Positions 44,830 through 53,792 are shown, numbered from the stretch's first letter. The stretch is 64,000 bases of DNA from a virus (IMGVR_UViG_3300021077_000115:46064-110063); one strand, 5' to 3'. A program made the numbers and translations. Notes: a model not told the origin generated them from the letters alone.

Positions 44830-45438
44830 CTAGTAATCTGATTCTGTGATTGGACCAGGAATCCCAGAAGGTCGAACGCTACGAGAATTAGCTTCGTTCA
44901 ACCTACCTTTGCGATACGGAATCCCATAACGATCTACAATCTCTCGAAAGACCTCAGCGACAGCGCCCAACGCATACGCTGGGCTCATACAAATACCAAC
45001 ACCCACGCAATCGCGAAGGTACGTCATGATATTTAGTCTGTCTCGCTTGATGTGTCGAGATGAGCAACGGCCCCAATCAGTGTCTTCGGTCCAATGCCCG
45101 CGATCATTGCCATTGCATGAGCCTTGGAAATCGCGGTGCGAACGAATCCAAATGTATTCACCATCTTTTCTCCACCTTACATACGATATCCAGGTTCCAC
45201 AATTCAACTTACTAACGCTACTCTCAGCTAAATCTGAGTGCTCATCGATGTTGATTAGTCTATTTGCTCCTGATACGTTGACGGCCGGCAGCATCTGCTG
45301 ATGATTCATACAGGCCATGACCGGAATCTTCTTACCAAGATTCTTCATAAGAAGATGTAATTGTTTTCGACAGGGCTCCGGCTTATCCCAAAAATCTACA
45401 TCAACACTGACGAATGTTTTCATGACCAACTCTTTCAA
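44830..45438 (-). CDS. hypothetical protein (possible metal-dependent hydrolase fold)
   Basis: A 202-aa ORF. The motifs VSVDVDFWD and LINIDEHSD are weakly reminiscent of arginase/deacetylase-fold metal ligands. The call is low confidence. Confidence 0.4.
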   Translation of the reverse strand: MKELVMKTFVSVDVDFWDKPEPCRKQLHLLMKNLGKKIPVMACMNHQQMLPAVNVSGANRLINIDEHSDLAESSVSKLNCGTWISYVRWRKDGEYIWIRSHRDFQGSCNGNDRGHWTEDTDWGRCSSRHIKRDRLNIMTYLRDCVGVGICMSPAYALGAVAEVFREIVDRYGIPYRKGRLNEANSRSVRPSGIPGPITESDY

Positions 45439-45600
45439 TTATTCATTGCCAGGTACATCAAAAGCGTCCACTGGATCGTGAGGTGTCACATGACCCTTTG
45501 TTTGATGTTCGTTGTACTCTTCTAATGTTTCCGATTCGTGGCCACACACTCCACAGAAACCTTCGCATTGCAAAAATTCATAAGCCGCAGGATCTTTCAT
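45439..45600 (-). CDS. small Cys-rich protein (53 aa) between the array end and upstream gene
   Basis: An ATG at 45598-45600 opens MKDPAAYEFLQCEGFCGVCGHESE... It is not in the track because it is shorter than 60 aa. Confidence 0.3.
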   Translation of the reverse strand: MKDPAAYEFLQCEGFCGVCGHESETLEEYNEHQTKGHVTPHDPVDAFDVPGNE

Positions 45601-45660
45601 TACAAAACCTTATTTGGTAAAAGATAGTAGCTGTTAGAATCGTTATGTTGTGTAAATCCC

Positions 45661-46555
45661 ATCCTTGCTCCTTCTCAGGAGCGATGTAACCTCAGGAGCG
45701 ATGTAACGATGCCCATCATGCACAGGTTTCAACTCACGCTCCTTCTCAGGAGCGATGTAACCTTTCTTTGGTAACATTACTTAATTACACTCACACCCGT
45801 TTCAACTCACGCTCCTTCTCAGGAGCGATGTAACAGGGTCTTGTCGTTCTGAAGGTCGAGAGTGCCGATGTTTCAACTCACGCTCCTTCTCAGGAGCGAT
45901 GTAACCTGTAAGACGACAACCGACCTCCGACCTCAGACCTCCGTTTCAACTCACGCTCCTTCTCAGGAGCGATGTAACCAATCACGTAGCGAACTAGCCT
46001 TATTCTGTGGAATAGGTTTCAACTCACGCTCCTTCTCAGGAGCGATGTAACGACGATCAGCGCTCGCACCTGCGGTATCAAGGCGCAGTTTCAACTCACG
46101 CTCCTTCTCAGGAGCGATGTAACTTTACACCAAGTGGAAATCACTTCCCCGATTCTGTTTCAACTCACGCTCCTTCTCAGGAGCGATGTAACCTAGTTCG
46201 CATTGCCACGGAGTATTTAGTGGGTAATGGTTTCAACTCACGCTCCTTCTCAGGAGCGATGTAACCAATGGCATCTAAGAAACGCGGTCGTCCAAAGGGC
46301 TTGTTTCAACTCACGCTCCTTCTCAGGAGCGATGTAACTTGGTAAGAGTCATGGGGTCGGAAATCGTGGCTCCGTTTCAACTCACGCTCCTTCTCAGGAG
46401 CGATGTAACCGCCAGGCCCGTTGCAGTCTGGAGACTCTCCCGGCCCGTTTCAACTCACGCTCCTTCTCAGGAGCGATGTAACCCGTCAGGAGTCGTTATC
46501 CCTTCTCCGTCAATTCCAAGTTTCAACTCACGCTCCTTCTCAGGAGCGATGTAAC
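45661..46555 (-). CRISPR. CRISPR array with 12 identical 36-bp repeats and 11 spacers (33-37 nt), plus two truncated degenerate repeats at the leader-distal end; type I-C-like repeat transcribed on the minus strand
   Basis: The plus-strand repeat is GTTTCAACTCACGCTCCTTCTCAGGAGCGATGTAAC. It starts at 45726, 45799, 45870, 45943, 46016, 46088, 46157, 46230, 46303, 46374, 46447 and 46520. The reverse complement ends GTGAGTTGAAAC, and I-C repeats typically end ATTGAAAC. An internal palindrome GCTCC-ttctca-GGAGC is present. The partial repeats at 45661-45707 mark the old end. The leader lies next to cas7. Confidence 0.95.
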
Positions 46556-46779
46556 TCATTCGTCAATAACCTAACAATTTCAAAGACTTGAAGTTTGATT
46601 TGCGAGAGGGTGTCACAATAATGATGTGACTACCCAACACAGTAGTCGGCCATCAGTATTATCTATAACAATATCCACTACATATGCGCTGCGAGCGGCT
46701 ACTGGAATTTGTATACCATCAAGCCGCTCGCAGAAATAAATTATCAAAGAACCGGATGGCTAATTAGCCACACGTCAAT
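46556..46779 (-). promoter_or_regulatory. CRISPR leader region
   Basis: It is 224 bp, AT-rich, and sits between the cas7 stop and the first repeat. It contains an 11-bp inverted repeat, tgcgagcggct...agccgctcgca. Confidence 0.5.
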
Positions 46780-47616
46780 TCAGAATCCAGAAATCACTTC
46801 AGGCTTTAATCCAGTGAGCTCTGAAATATCTACCTCACCATTCGGCCTTGCCATCACAGATTGATGTACCTTGGCTGATGAGTATTGTCCAGCTTTACAG
46901 TTGTGCTCAAACCACACAACTTTCAATACCTCCATGCTGCCCTCGGGTCGCGACGATGAAGCGTCATTCTCAAACATTTTCGGCAGAATTTTCTTGATAA
47001 CTTCAGCATCCGTATCACTGAATCCTGTACGTTCTGCCAATTGAGGGTTCATACTGCCACGCATCACGTACACACCTTCACCTACCCGATGTTTCATTCC
47101 CATCGTATCCGAACCGCGCTTCTTCCCATCCCCATCCCCATTCACGCTCTTTGTAATTTGCGTGCTAGTAATTCTAATAGGTTCAACACTTACCGCAGAA
47201 TGAATCGATACAGGGCCACGAATACCTACCGATATCCCAGAGTCCTGGTCTTCGCCCTTCTTAACCTTCTTGGCGGCAAAGGCAAACAACTGTCCAAATG
47301 CACGAACATCGAACCAGGTTTTGCAAGACTCAGCAACCAGCTCGCTACTACCAAGCTTGCTTCCTAATGTCTTTTCCGCACGAGCCTTGAGGCTCTCTGC
47401 ATCATCTGTTTTACGATCATCAGACTGTACGAAGATCTTCTGACCACTCTCAAGCAATCGGTCTCGTAACTTACGCTTGAGACATACGTCAGTAACCTCA
47501 CCGAAGCCGTTGTAATCAGTGCGCGGACAATTTCCGTTAAGCGGGTCACCATTGGGATTGGCGTTGCGAACACGGAAGACTAGAATGAAATCGATTTTGC
47601 TGTTTAAAGTTTTCAT
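46780..47616 (-). CDS. cas7: Cas7 (Csd2), type I-C
   Basis: MKTLNSKIDFILVFRVRNANPNGDPLNGNCPRTDYNGFGEVTDVCLKRKLRDRL matches the Csd2/DevR signature (V.N.NPNGDPD.GN.PR.D...G.VTDVCLKRKIR). Confidence 0.85.
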   Translation of the reverse strand: MKTLNSKIDFILVFRVRNANPNGDPLNGNCPRTDYNGFGEVTDVCLKRKLRDRLLESGQKIFVQSDDRKTDDAESLKARAEKTLGSKLGSSELVAESCKTWFDVRAFGQLFAFAAKKVKKGEDQDSGISVGIRGPVSIHSAVSVEPIRITSTQITKSVNGDGDGKKRGSDTMGMKHRVGEGVYVMRGSMNPQLAERTGFSDTDAEVIKKILPKMFENDASSSRPEGSMEVLKVVWFEHNCKAGQYSSAKVHQSVMARPNGEVDISELTGLKPEVISGF

Positions 47617-47660
47617 ATCTGTAAATCTTTCTTCTGTAAATTGTCGCTAACTAAAAAAAC

Positions 47661-49553
47661 TTAATTCTTGACCGTTTTTGAAGGCTCATCCGCACTATTA
47701 CCTTCTCCTGACCCTTCTTGCTTTTCCCACAACACAGCACGTTGGCAGTAGTAGCCAAGTTGATATTCTGTTGAAAGCCGCAGATCACTAATAAAGTCAT
47801 CATGCTTAAATGATGTAATGACACTTTCGAGCAATTGTTCCATATTATAAAGGAACCCACCAGCCTTAGATGCCAGCTGAGCTTTGTATGGAACAAGTGC
47901 TAGTGAAATCGTCCTCCACGTTGACGATGGCCTATCCGCAAAACACTGAGTCAACCGCGCAGCATTTGTCTGACGTTGATCCTTTGGGTTTGGATTTGAA
48001 AGATACAGAGCAAAGCCCTCTATGCGCTCGGCAATTGCCAACAATCTCCCAAACAAATAGTCTCTGGATGTACGGTTCTCTTCGAGTGTCATCTCATATT
48101 TCCTTTGGTAAAAAGTACCACGATAAAGGGCGCATGCAATCCCTAAACATTTTTCAAACTCCCATTTTTCCAAACCAACTCGATTCGATACTCTGCGAGA
48201 TATTGACTCAACCAAATCTCGTGGAACAGTTACATCATCAATAATACATGGCAGCAATCTCTCAACAGTTGCCTTCTTGAGCTTGTCATCCAACCGACGG
48301 CCATACGCCGCCTCTGCAATATCTCTCGGCGCTGGAGCTCCAACGAATCGGTGCTCCTTACCAAAATTCTGCTTCCATGAATATTGCAGATGCCACTTCT
48401 CAAGCCGTTCTAGAAAGTCCGAGCCCTTCAAATCCCTATAGTAAGGTATTGCTAAACGCCCAGGAGTTGCGGAGTCAAGAACCATCACCACTACATTTTC
48501 ATTACCAGAAAGATTTGATTTATATCCGGCAATTGCCCTCGATAGCCGCTTAGCAAACGCTTGACCTACGTCGGTGGCCCTATCTGTTTCTTCCTCAATT
48601 CCAAAGATGGTCATCGTGTCATCGCATAGGCTCGGTATCACCTTTCCACTTACGGCCCAAGAGACGATTGCCTGGGTATCATTTCTGAATGACTGTCTGC
48701 CAATCAACCACCGAAGCGCATTGTGGGCCTTGTGAGTTGCCTCGAACCCAATCGTTATTGCTTCATTGGAGTTTGTGAATTTTCCACGAAACGTGTAATT
48801 TTTATCGTCATTAGACGATATTAATTTTGCATTATCTGCCGTGTGTCGAATTTTTTTAGGATGCTTCGTTGTGAGTGGAACTTCCTGTCCCGTTATCATG
48901 CATATCCCAAATATAGATTCCTGCTTCGAAACATACTCTGACCACGCATTTAGAAGGGTAGGATCTTCCCAAGTGCCTGAGGCTAAGTCATTTTCATGCT
49001 CAACTCTCCAACGTACGAAAGCATCCGATTGGTTACCGCTGATGATCGCCTTACAAATTTCAGGCGTGTTATCTTTTCCACCAACCCATTGCGCAGGTAG
49101 CTTTCCCTTACTGTCGGCAAATAATACCTTGGCCCCTATAAGGTCTGTAATTACCTGCATCTTTTTGACATACTTAAGGATAGCAATTAGCTTCGGATGC
49201 TTTGAGGTGTTGGTAAAGTTTACAAGCGCATCAAGATATGCGCTATGAAATTTTTCTGCGCCAGAAACCTTTTCAGAGAAATCTCCCGCCACATACTTCA
49301 GCTTATCACAAAGGGGGTGGGCGGTTGAATCGCAGGTTCTGCACGCTGAATCATCTGTGCAAGGAATTATGGTTGGCTGATCCCGCTTGGCAAGTACAGA
49401 AGCCCTTCGAAAGTTACCATTGCCATCGAGGACAATCTCTATTTGTGCCAGCTGGCTTGTATGGGAGATTGGATAAATATCTTCAGATTCTGGAACGTTC
49501 TGATTGTCCTTACAGCAATCATACGTCTCTATCAATCTATGCATCCAGCTCAT
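47661..49553 (-). CDS. cas8c: Cas8c (Csd1), type I-C large subunit
   Basis: Its 630-aa size and position between cas5c and cas7 fit. The N-terminal pattern MSWMHRLIETYD...IYPISHTSQLAQIEIVLDGNGNF resembles Csd1 N-termini. Confidence 0.75.
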   Translation of the reverse strand: MSWMHRLIETYDCCKDNQNVPESEDIYPISHTSQLAQIEIVLDGNGNFRRASVLAKRDQPTIIPCTDDSACRTCDSTAHPLCDKLKYVAGDFSEKVSGAEKFHSAYLDALVNFTNTSKHPKLIAILKYVKKMQVITDLIGAKVLFADSKGKLPAQWVGGKDNTPEICKAIISGNQSDAFVRWRVEHENDLASGTWEDPTLLNAWSEYVSKQESIFGICMITGQEVPLTTKHPKKIRHTADNAKLISSNDDKNYTFRGKFTNSNEAITIGFEATHKAHNALRWLIGRQSFRNDTQAIVSWAVSGKVIPSLCDDTMTIFGIEEETDRATDVGQAFAKRLSRAIAGYKSNLSGNENVVVMVLDSATPGRLAIPYYRDLKGSDFLERLEKWHLQYSWKQNFGKEHRFVGAPAPRDIAEAAYGRRLDDKLKKATVERLLPCIIDDVTVPRDLVESISRRVSNRVGLEKWEFEKCLGIACALYRGTFYQRKYEMTLEENRTSRDYLFGRLLAIAERIEGFALYLSNPNPKDQRQTNAARLTQCFADRPSSTWRTISLALVPYKAQLASKAGGFLYNMEQLLESVITSFKHDDFISDLRLSTEYQLGYYCQRAVLWEKQEGSGEGNSADEPSKTVKN

Positions 49554-50260
49554 AACAAACCAACTTCTGTGTCTACTGATTGTACGTTTGTGCCAAGACC
49601 AAACATTTTCGGAGCCATATCCCTCACAAACCTACGAATCTTGCATTTGTCAGGACGAGGGAAATTAATAACTCCATTAACCATTGTTGGTTGGTACATT
49701 CGACACTCCAACTTGTGCTCTCCGGTTTCCTCAGGATAGTCGAAGCCATGGAACATCAACCCGTAAGCCAGCTCAGCGCTATCGTCATAGTAACCTTTGC
49801 TAGCGCCAAACTCACACGGTTCTACATATCCCTGGCAATCTCTAGTTCCAAGAAAGATGTCTTGCCGGCCACCAAGTTCCAAACACCGCTTCACTATCGC
49901 AAAGTGCTTGCCATCAATACGATCTTCTTTCAAACCAGGCTGGTGCAGGTTCCATTCGAAGTGAGCTTGAACTTGGTACTCGACATTTGATAGAAACGTG
50001 TAAATGGATAGGTCGTTGCCACCTGAAAACTTAAGAGGTTTAACACCCTTCGTCTGGGTTGTGATGCGATTCATGATCCGCACCCGGTCTACAATCCATG
50101 TGAACGTTGGTTTGAAGTATATGGACTTAACGATGCCTTTCACTGCTTCGTATGTGGGTATTTGATAGGAGCATTTCTCACCACCCACCCTGGTCACCGG
50201 GTCTGTGAAGAGGGCATAGCGCCCCCAAACTCTAAAGCTGATCGCATTCTTCATATTCAT
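49550..50260 (-). CDS. cas5c: Cas5c (Cas5d), type I-C pre-crRNA endoribonuclease/Cascade subunit
   Basis: AISFRVWGRYALFTDPVTRVGGEKCSYQIPTYEAVKGIVKSIYFKPTFTWIVDRVRIMN matches the Cas5d N-terminal signature (YALF.DP......SY.VPTYSALKGI.ESIYWKP). Confidence 0.85.
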   Translation of the reverse strand: MNMKNAISFRVWGRYALFTDPVTRVGGEKCSYQIPTYEAVKGIVKSIYFKPTFTWIVDRVRIMNRITTQTKGVKPLKFSGGNDLSIYTFLSNVEYQVQAHFEWNLHQPGLKEDRIDGKHFAIVKRCLELGGRQDIFLGTRDCQGYVEPCEFGASKGYYDDSAELAYGLMFHGFDYPEETGEHKLECRMYQPTMVNGVINFPRPDKCKIRRFVRDMAPKMFGLGTNVQSVDTEVGLL

Positions 50261-50382
50261 TCCTTTCTAAAACGCTTCAACTCACGAGCCACCTGCGAAT
50301 GGCGCGAACTTTCAAGCCCATGATAATGCATGGGCTTGAAAAGTCAAAGTGTTTCTTTCTAAAACAAAGATTATTAGGCCGG
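50261..50382 (-). promoter_or_regulatory. cas3-cas5c intergenic region with a 10-bp perfect hairpin and a CRISPR-repeat-like fragment just upstream of the cas5c start
   Basis: The plus-strand hairpin is caagcccatg-ataatg-catgggcttg. Read on the minus strand, 20 nt before the cas5c ATG, the segment GCTCGTGAGTTGAAGCG shares 11 nt (CGTGAGTTGAA) with the repeat 3' end GAGCGTGAGTTGAAAC. Confidence 0.35.
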
Positions 50383-52860
50383 TCAATCAGACCAAGTAAC
50401 CCCGAAGTCGTTGTAATAGCCATCATCTAAGTAGTAAATTGATGAGCCTTCTTGGATAGGGTGAATGGCATTAAGATCCATTAATTTTTTGCAATCAGTA
50501 TCAAAAATATTAACTGTGAATTGCTGCGCTCTGCGAAGTAGTTTGAATTCAGTTTCCAAATTAGCCGAACGTAGTTCATTGATTATTTCAATACCATCTT
50601 TATAAGGAACGACTACTCCAGTGGTTCGCGAATCAATAGGGTTAAAGGCCTTGGCGGCAGTAGAAAACGACTGCCACATCATATTCTTATCAAGATCTCC
50701 GTATGTTTTATCATAGGAGACTACTGAGATTGCGTTCGTTGAAAGCAGTTGAAGCAATGAATCAGATCTGCCAATATCATTAGCTTGATTGGCAGTAACG
50801 TTGTACTCCATTTCGCCGCGTCGTTTGAAGAAATAACCTTCGTAAAAAGCATTCATGGCAGCCAATCCAATTATATCACCATCAAATTTCTGTGGGTCTG
50901 CTTGGAAGTCTGCCAAGATTCTTTCTGAAACCTCAATGCCTTTTTTGATATCAACCAAGCTGCTTATGTTTTCAATCTCTTTCGCTGGATTAGTAATGGA
51001 CACAATTCCCATTTCACGCTCACCATTGCGGTTACAACGACCAGCCGCCTGAGCAATAGAATCCAGCCCAGCTAAACACCGTATAACTGCGCCAAAATCA
51101 ACATCAACTCCGGCCTCAATAAGCTGAGTGCTAACACAAATTATATTCTCCTTGCGTTTCAAGTGCCCTCGTACCTTAGCTAATATCTCACGCCGATGGG
51201 TTGAGCACATATTAGTGCTAAGATGATACAATGGTAACTTCGTATCCTTGAGTGCCAGACACACCGCCTTGGCTGTCTTTTTTGTATTCACAATCACCAA
51301 GCAACTTCCAGCTTGCTCTGCTTTTTCCTGAGCGGAGCTGGCAATCTCTGCAGCTTGCCAACCTTCAGGCTTTCTACAATCAACTACCTTTACACGTTTC
51401 AGGTCATTGAATAAACGCTGAACGTCTGGAATAATTTCTGTAGCCTGCTTGATCGCACCCTTCTTTTGGTCAACCTTGCTAAGAAGAGGTTGTGTCGCTG
51501 TGCAAAGAACTACTGAGCAGCCACATTGCTCAACTAAGAAGTTGATTGCGTTGTTGAACATATGAATGCATTTTATGGGTAGCGTTTGGATCTCGTCAAA
51601 TATAATAACCGAATTCGCCAGCTGATGTAGTCTCCTAACATTGCGTGTTCCACTACCAAAAATAGCTTCAAGAAATTGCACATGTGTAGAAAAAACTACC
51701 GGTGCATCCCAGTTCTCTGTTAGGATTCTATCTTTCCAAATTCTACTCTTATCTTGCCACTTAGAAACCATCTCATCATCGTCATTCTTTTTCTCATTCA
51801 CCACATTACAATGGTGTTCAAGCACCACCTGTGTGTTACCCTCTGGTCTATTCTTAGGTTCTAAGATTTCCCTAACTACATCAGCATTCTGATCAATGAT
51901 TGAGGTAAATGATATAAAATTAAATACTCGTTTTAAATTATGTATTTTGGCGTGATGTAAACCAAACCTTAAGCTACCAAGTGTTTTGCTTCCTCCAGTA
52001 GGAACTGATAACGTAAAAATACCAGGTAGACGAACAGCGGCTTCGCGACAATTCCTAGATACGTTATTTCGAATTAAATCAATTTGGCGAGTTCCAAGAG
52101 CATATGAATTAACTTTCTTCTCAAGCCGCTCAATCAACACATCCCATGATACGTAATTACCATTCAAACGAAATTTTCCAAAATTTGGTTTTTCGAAGTC
52201 GGCGGTATCGGTTCTATCAGCATCAATCAAACCACTAAATAAATATCTCACCAACAACCCAACTTGGAATTTTGATACCATTATGCTGTTGCTGGAGTTG
52301 GTTGCAATATTTTTGATTACATCTATCAATCTATCTACAAACCCAGGCCTTCCAATAATTTCCAAACTCCGCCTAACTAATTCATATTCTGCATTAGAAA
52401 CCACCTCATCGAAGTTCACGTCCTTACTAGCACGGCGCGTAAATTTATCTTCAGCCGGATTTGGTGCCAAGCAGTCAATTAAACCAGAATGGTGAGAACA
52501 TACACAAAGAAAAAGAATCTGACCAACAAGCCTGCCGCATACACCTTGCTTCGACAATTCACGCCAGATAAATTGTGCCCCAGCTGTTGCATGATCAATC
52601 TTGCCTTTGTATTCAGAAACGTCTACAAACCCCGCATCTCCGGGTTTTAGTAATCCAACTCCTGATTTGATGTAGTTCTGAAATTTAGAGCTGTACTTAC
52701 CGAGATCGTGTAGTAATCCGATTAGCTCACCATGATCTGCCAGCCCTATCTTTTCTGCGCAAATTCTGGATATCTTAGCTACACCTTCTAGATGTTCTTG
52801 AACGGTTTGTGTGATGCCATCTTCTTCTCGTAAATGAGCTATATAAGTCATCTTACCCAC
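50383..52860 (-). CDS. cas3: Cas3 (HD nuclease + DExH helicase), type I signature protein
   Basis: The N-terminal HD domain is HLEGVAKISRICAEKIG.ADHGELIGLLHDLGKYS..FQ. Helicase motif I is VPTGGSKT. Motif II is IFDEIQT. The C-terminal helicase domain runs for 825 aa in total. Confidence 0.9.
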   Translation of the reverse strand: MGKMTYIAHLREEDGITQTVQEHLEGVAKISRICAEKIGLADHGELIGLLHDLGKYSSKFQNYIKSGVGLLKPGDAGFVDVSEYKGKIDHATAGAQFIWRELSKQGVCGRLVGQILFLCVCSHHSGLIDCLAPNPAEDKFTRRASKDVNFDEVVSNAEYELVRRSLEIIGRPGFVDRLIDVIKNIATNSSNSIMVSKFQVGLLVRYLFSGLIDADRTDTADFEKPNFGKFRLNGNYVSWDVLIERLEKKVNSYALGTRQIDLIRNNVSRNCREAAVRLPGIFTLSVPTGGSKTLGSLRFGLHHAKIHNLKRVFNFISFTSIIDQNADVVREILEPKNRPEGNTQVVLEHHCNVVNEKKNDDDEMVSKWQDKSRIWKDRILTENWDAPVVFSTHVQFLEAIFGSGTRNVRRLHQLANSVIIFDEIQTLPIKCIHMFNNAINFLVEQCGCSVVLCTATQPLLSKVDQKKGAIKQATEIIPDVQRLFNDLKRVKVVDCRKPEGWQAAEIASSAQEKAEQAGSCLVIVNTKKTAKAVCLALKDTKLPLYHLSTNMCSTHRREILAKVRGHLKRKENIICVSTQLIEAGVDVDFGAVIRCLAGLDSIAQAAGRCNRNGEREMGIVSITNPAKEIENISSLVDIKKGIEVSERILADFQADPQKFDGDIIGLAAMNAFYEGYFFKRRGEMEYNVTANQANDIGRSDSLLQLLSTNAISVVSYDKTYGDLDKNMMWQSFSTAAKAFNPIDSRTTGVVVPYKDGIEIINELRSANLETEFKLLRRAQQFTVNIFDTDCKKLMDLNAIHPIQEGSSIYYLDDGYYNDFGVTWSD

Positions 52861-53239
52861 CCTCTCTTATCAACTCAGCTTCACATTCTGCACTGCAAGA
52901 GTATTTATGAATCGGTGGCCCATCTAAAGACTCAACCGCATCCCATATCTCGGCTCCGCACTGCATACAAGATCCAACCCGCACCTCAGTACCTGGCACC
53001 CACTCTTCGTACTCCATGAGGCAAGGGAACTGGCTCTTAGTAGGATCGACAATCTTCCCCTCTGCAGTCACCAACCACCAATGACTTCGCTGCCCCCACT
53101 GCAAGTCGAACACATGACCACGAACAATGCGAAGCTCAAGGAAATCCTTGACCATCGCAGCAACTGCAGAAGAGCATTTCCCATATACAATACCCTTCTG
53201 CGATTCTACATAGGCCTTGATCCATTCAGCGTAGGTCAT
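52853..53239 (-). CDS. hypothetical protein with C-terminal zinc ribbon, overlapping the cas3 start
   Basis: The 128-aa ORF has CMQCGAEIW...YSCSAECEAE. Its stop overlaps the cas3 start by 8 nt, suggesting translational coupling. Confidence 0.45.
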   Translation of the reverse strand: MTYAEWIKAYVESQKGIVYGKCSSAVAAMVKDFLELRIVRGHVFDLQWGQRSHWWLVTAEGKIVDPTKSQFPCLMEYEEWVPGTEVRVGSCMQCGAEIWDAVESLDGPPIHKYSCSAECEAELIREGG

Positions 53240-53769
53240 CCCGTCCTCAATATAATGTTGTAGCAGAAGACGCGCTCGATACCCTCTTCATCAGCCAGGT
53301 ACTCACACTGCTTCTCGTGAGTCCCAATATACGGTCCCCACTTGTGCCAGCGCCATCCACCTTTAGATGGTTGTTCATCCTTCCGAACCTCCGTCAAAGT
53401 TGCAATGAATTCCTCGGGCCGCTCGTTGTAGAACTTGTAAACATCACTGGCTAGGAATTGCTCAGCGCTATCACAAACACCATACGTACTGCGAAATCCT
53501 GAATCGATGAACCATTTCAAAGGATCGATCCCATCCTTGGCTGCCAAAGTACGCTCACAAAAACTTTCAAACTCTTTGGTAAGATAAGAGTTCTCAAAGT
53601 CATGTGTCCACGTTATCCAAACCCCAGGAGAAACTTCCTCCCCAGGCTCAGAATCACAAAAGCAATCAACCCAGACTTCATAACTTTGATTAGCCAAAAA
53701 CTCCATCCGGTTAGCCCTAGCGTGCGTCCAGGTAGAGTCCAGAGATAATAGATTAATTGACTTGAACAT
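53236..53769 (-). CDS. hypothetical protein
   Basis: A 177-aa ORF with a 4-nt overlap to the downstream gene. Confidence 0.45.
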   Translation of the reverse strand: MFKSINLLSLDSTWTHARANRMEFLANQSYEVWVDCFCDSEPGEEVSPGVWITWTHDFENSYLTKEFESFCERTLAAKDGIDPLKWFIDSGFRSTYGVCDSAEQFLASDVYKFYNERPEEFIATLTEVRKDEQPSKGGWRWHKWGPYIGTHEKQCEYLADEEGIERVFCYNIILRTG

Positions 53770-53792
53770 TATCTTGTGTCCTCGTTATCATG

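Noticed and set aside
45661-45707. Two truncated repeat-like segments (…tccttgctccttctcaggagcgatgtaac and ctcaggagcgatgtaac) lie beyond the last full repeat. They might be a second array.
   Set aside because: They are contiguous with the array at its leader-distal end and lack the 5' half of the repeat. This is typical terminal-repeat degeneration, not a separate locus.
46266-46302. Spacer 8 (caatggcatctaagaaacgcggtcgtccaaagggctt) translates as ASKKRGRPKG, an AT-hook. This raised the possibility of self-targeting of the element's own AT-hook/H1-like gene (43913..44539).
   Set aside because: The local AT-hooks are encoded by different nucleotides (aagcgtggccccggtcgtcctgct...), with no contiguous match longer than about 8 nt. 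The spacer more likely targets a histone-like gene of another element.
46556-46779. An 11-bp inverted repeat in the CRISPR leader was considered as a terminator for cas7.
   Set aside because: On the transcribed strand it is not followed by a U-tract. It may instead be a leader regulatory element or integration-host-factor-type site, so I left it as part of the leader.
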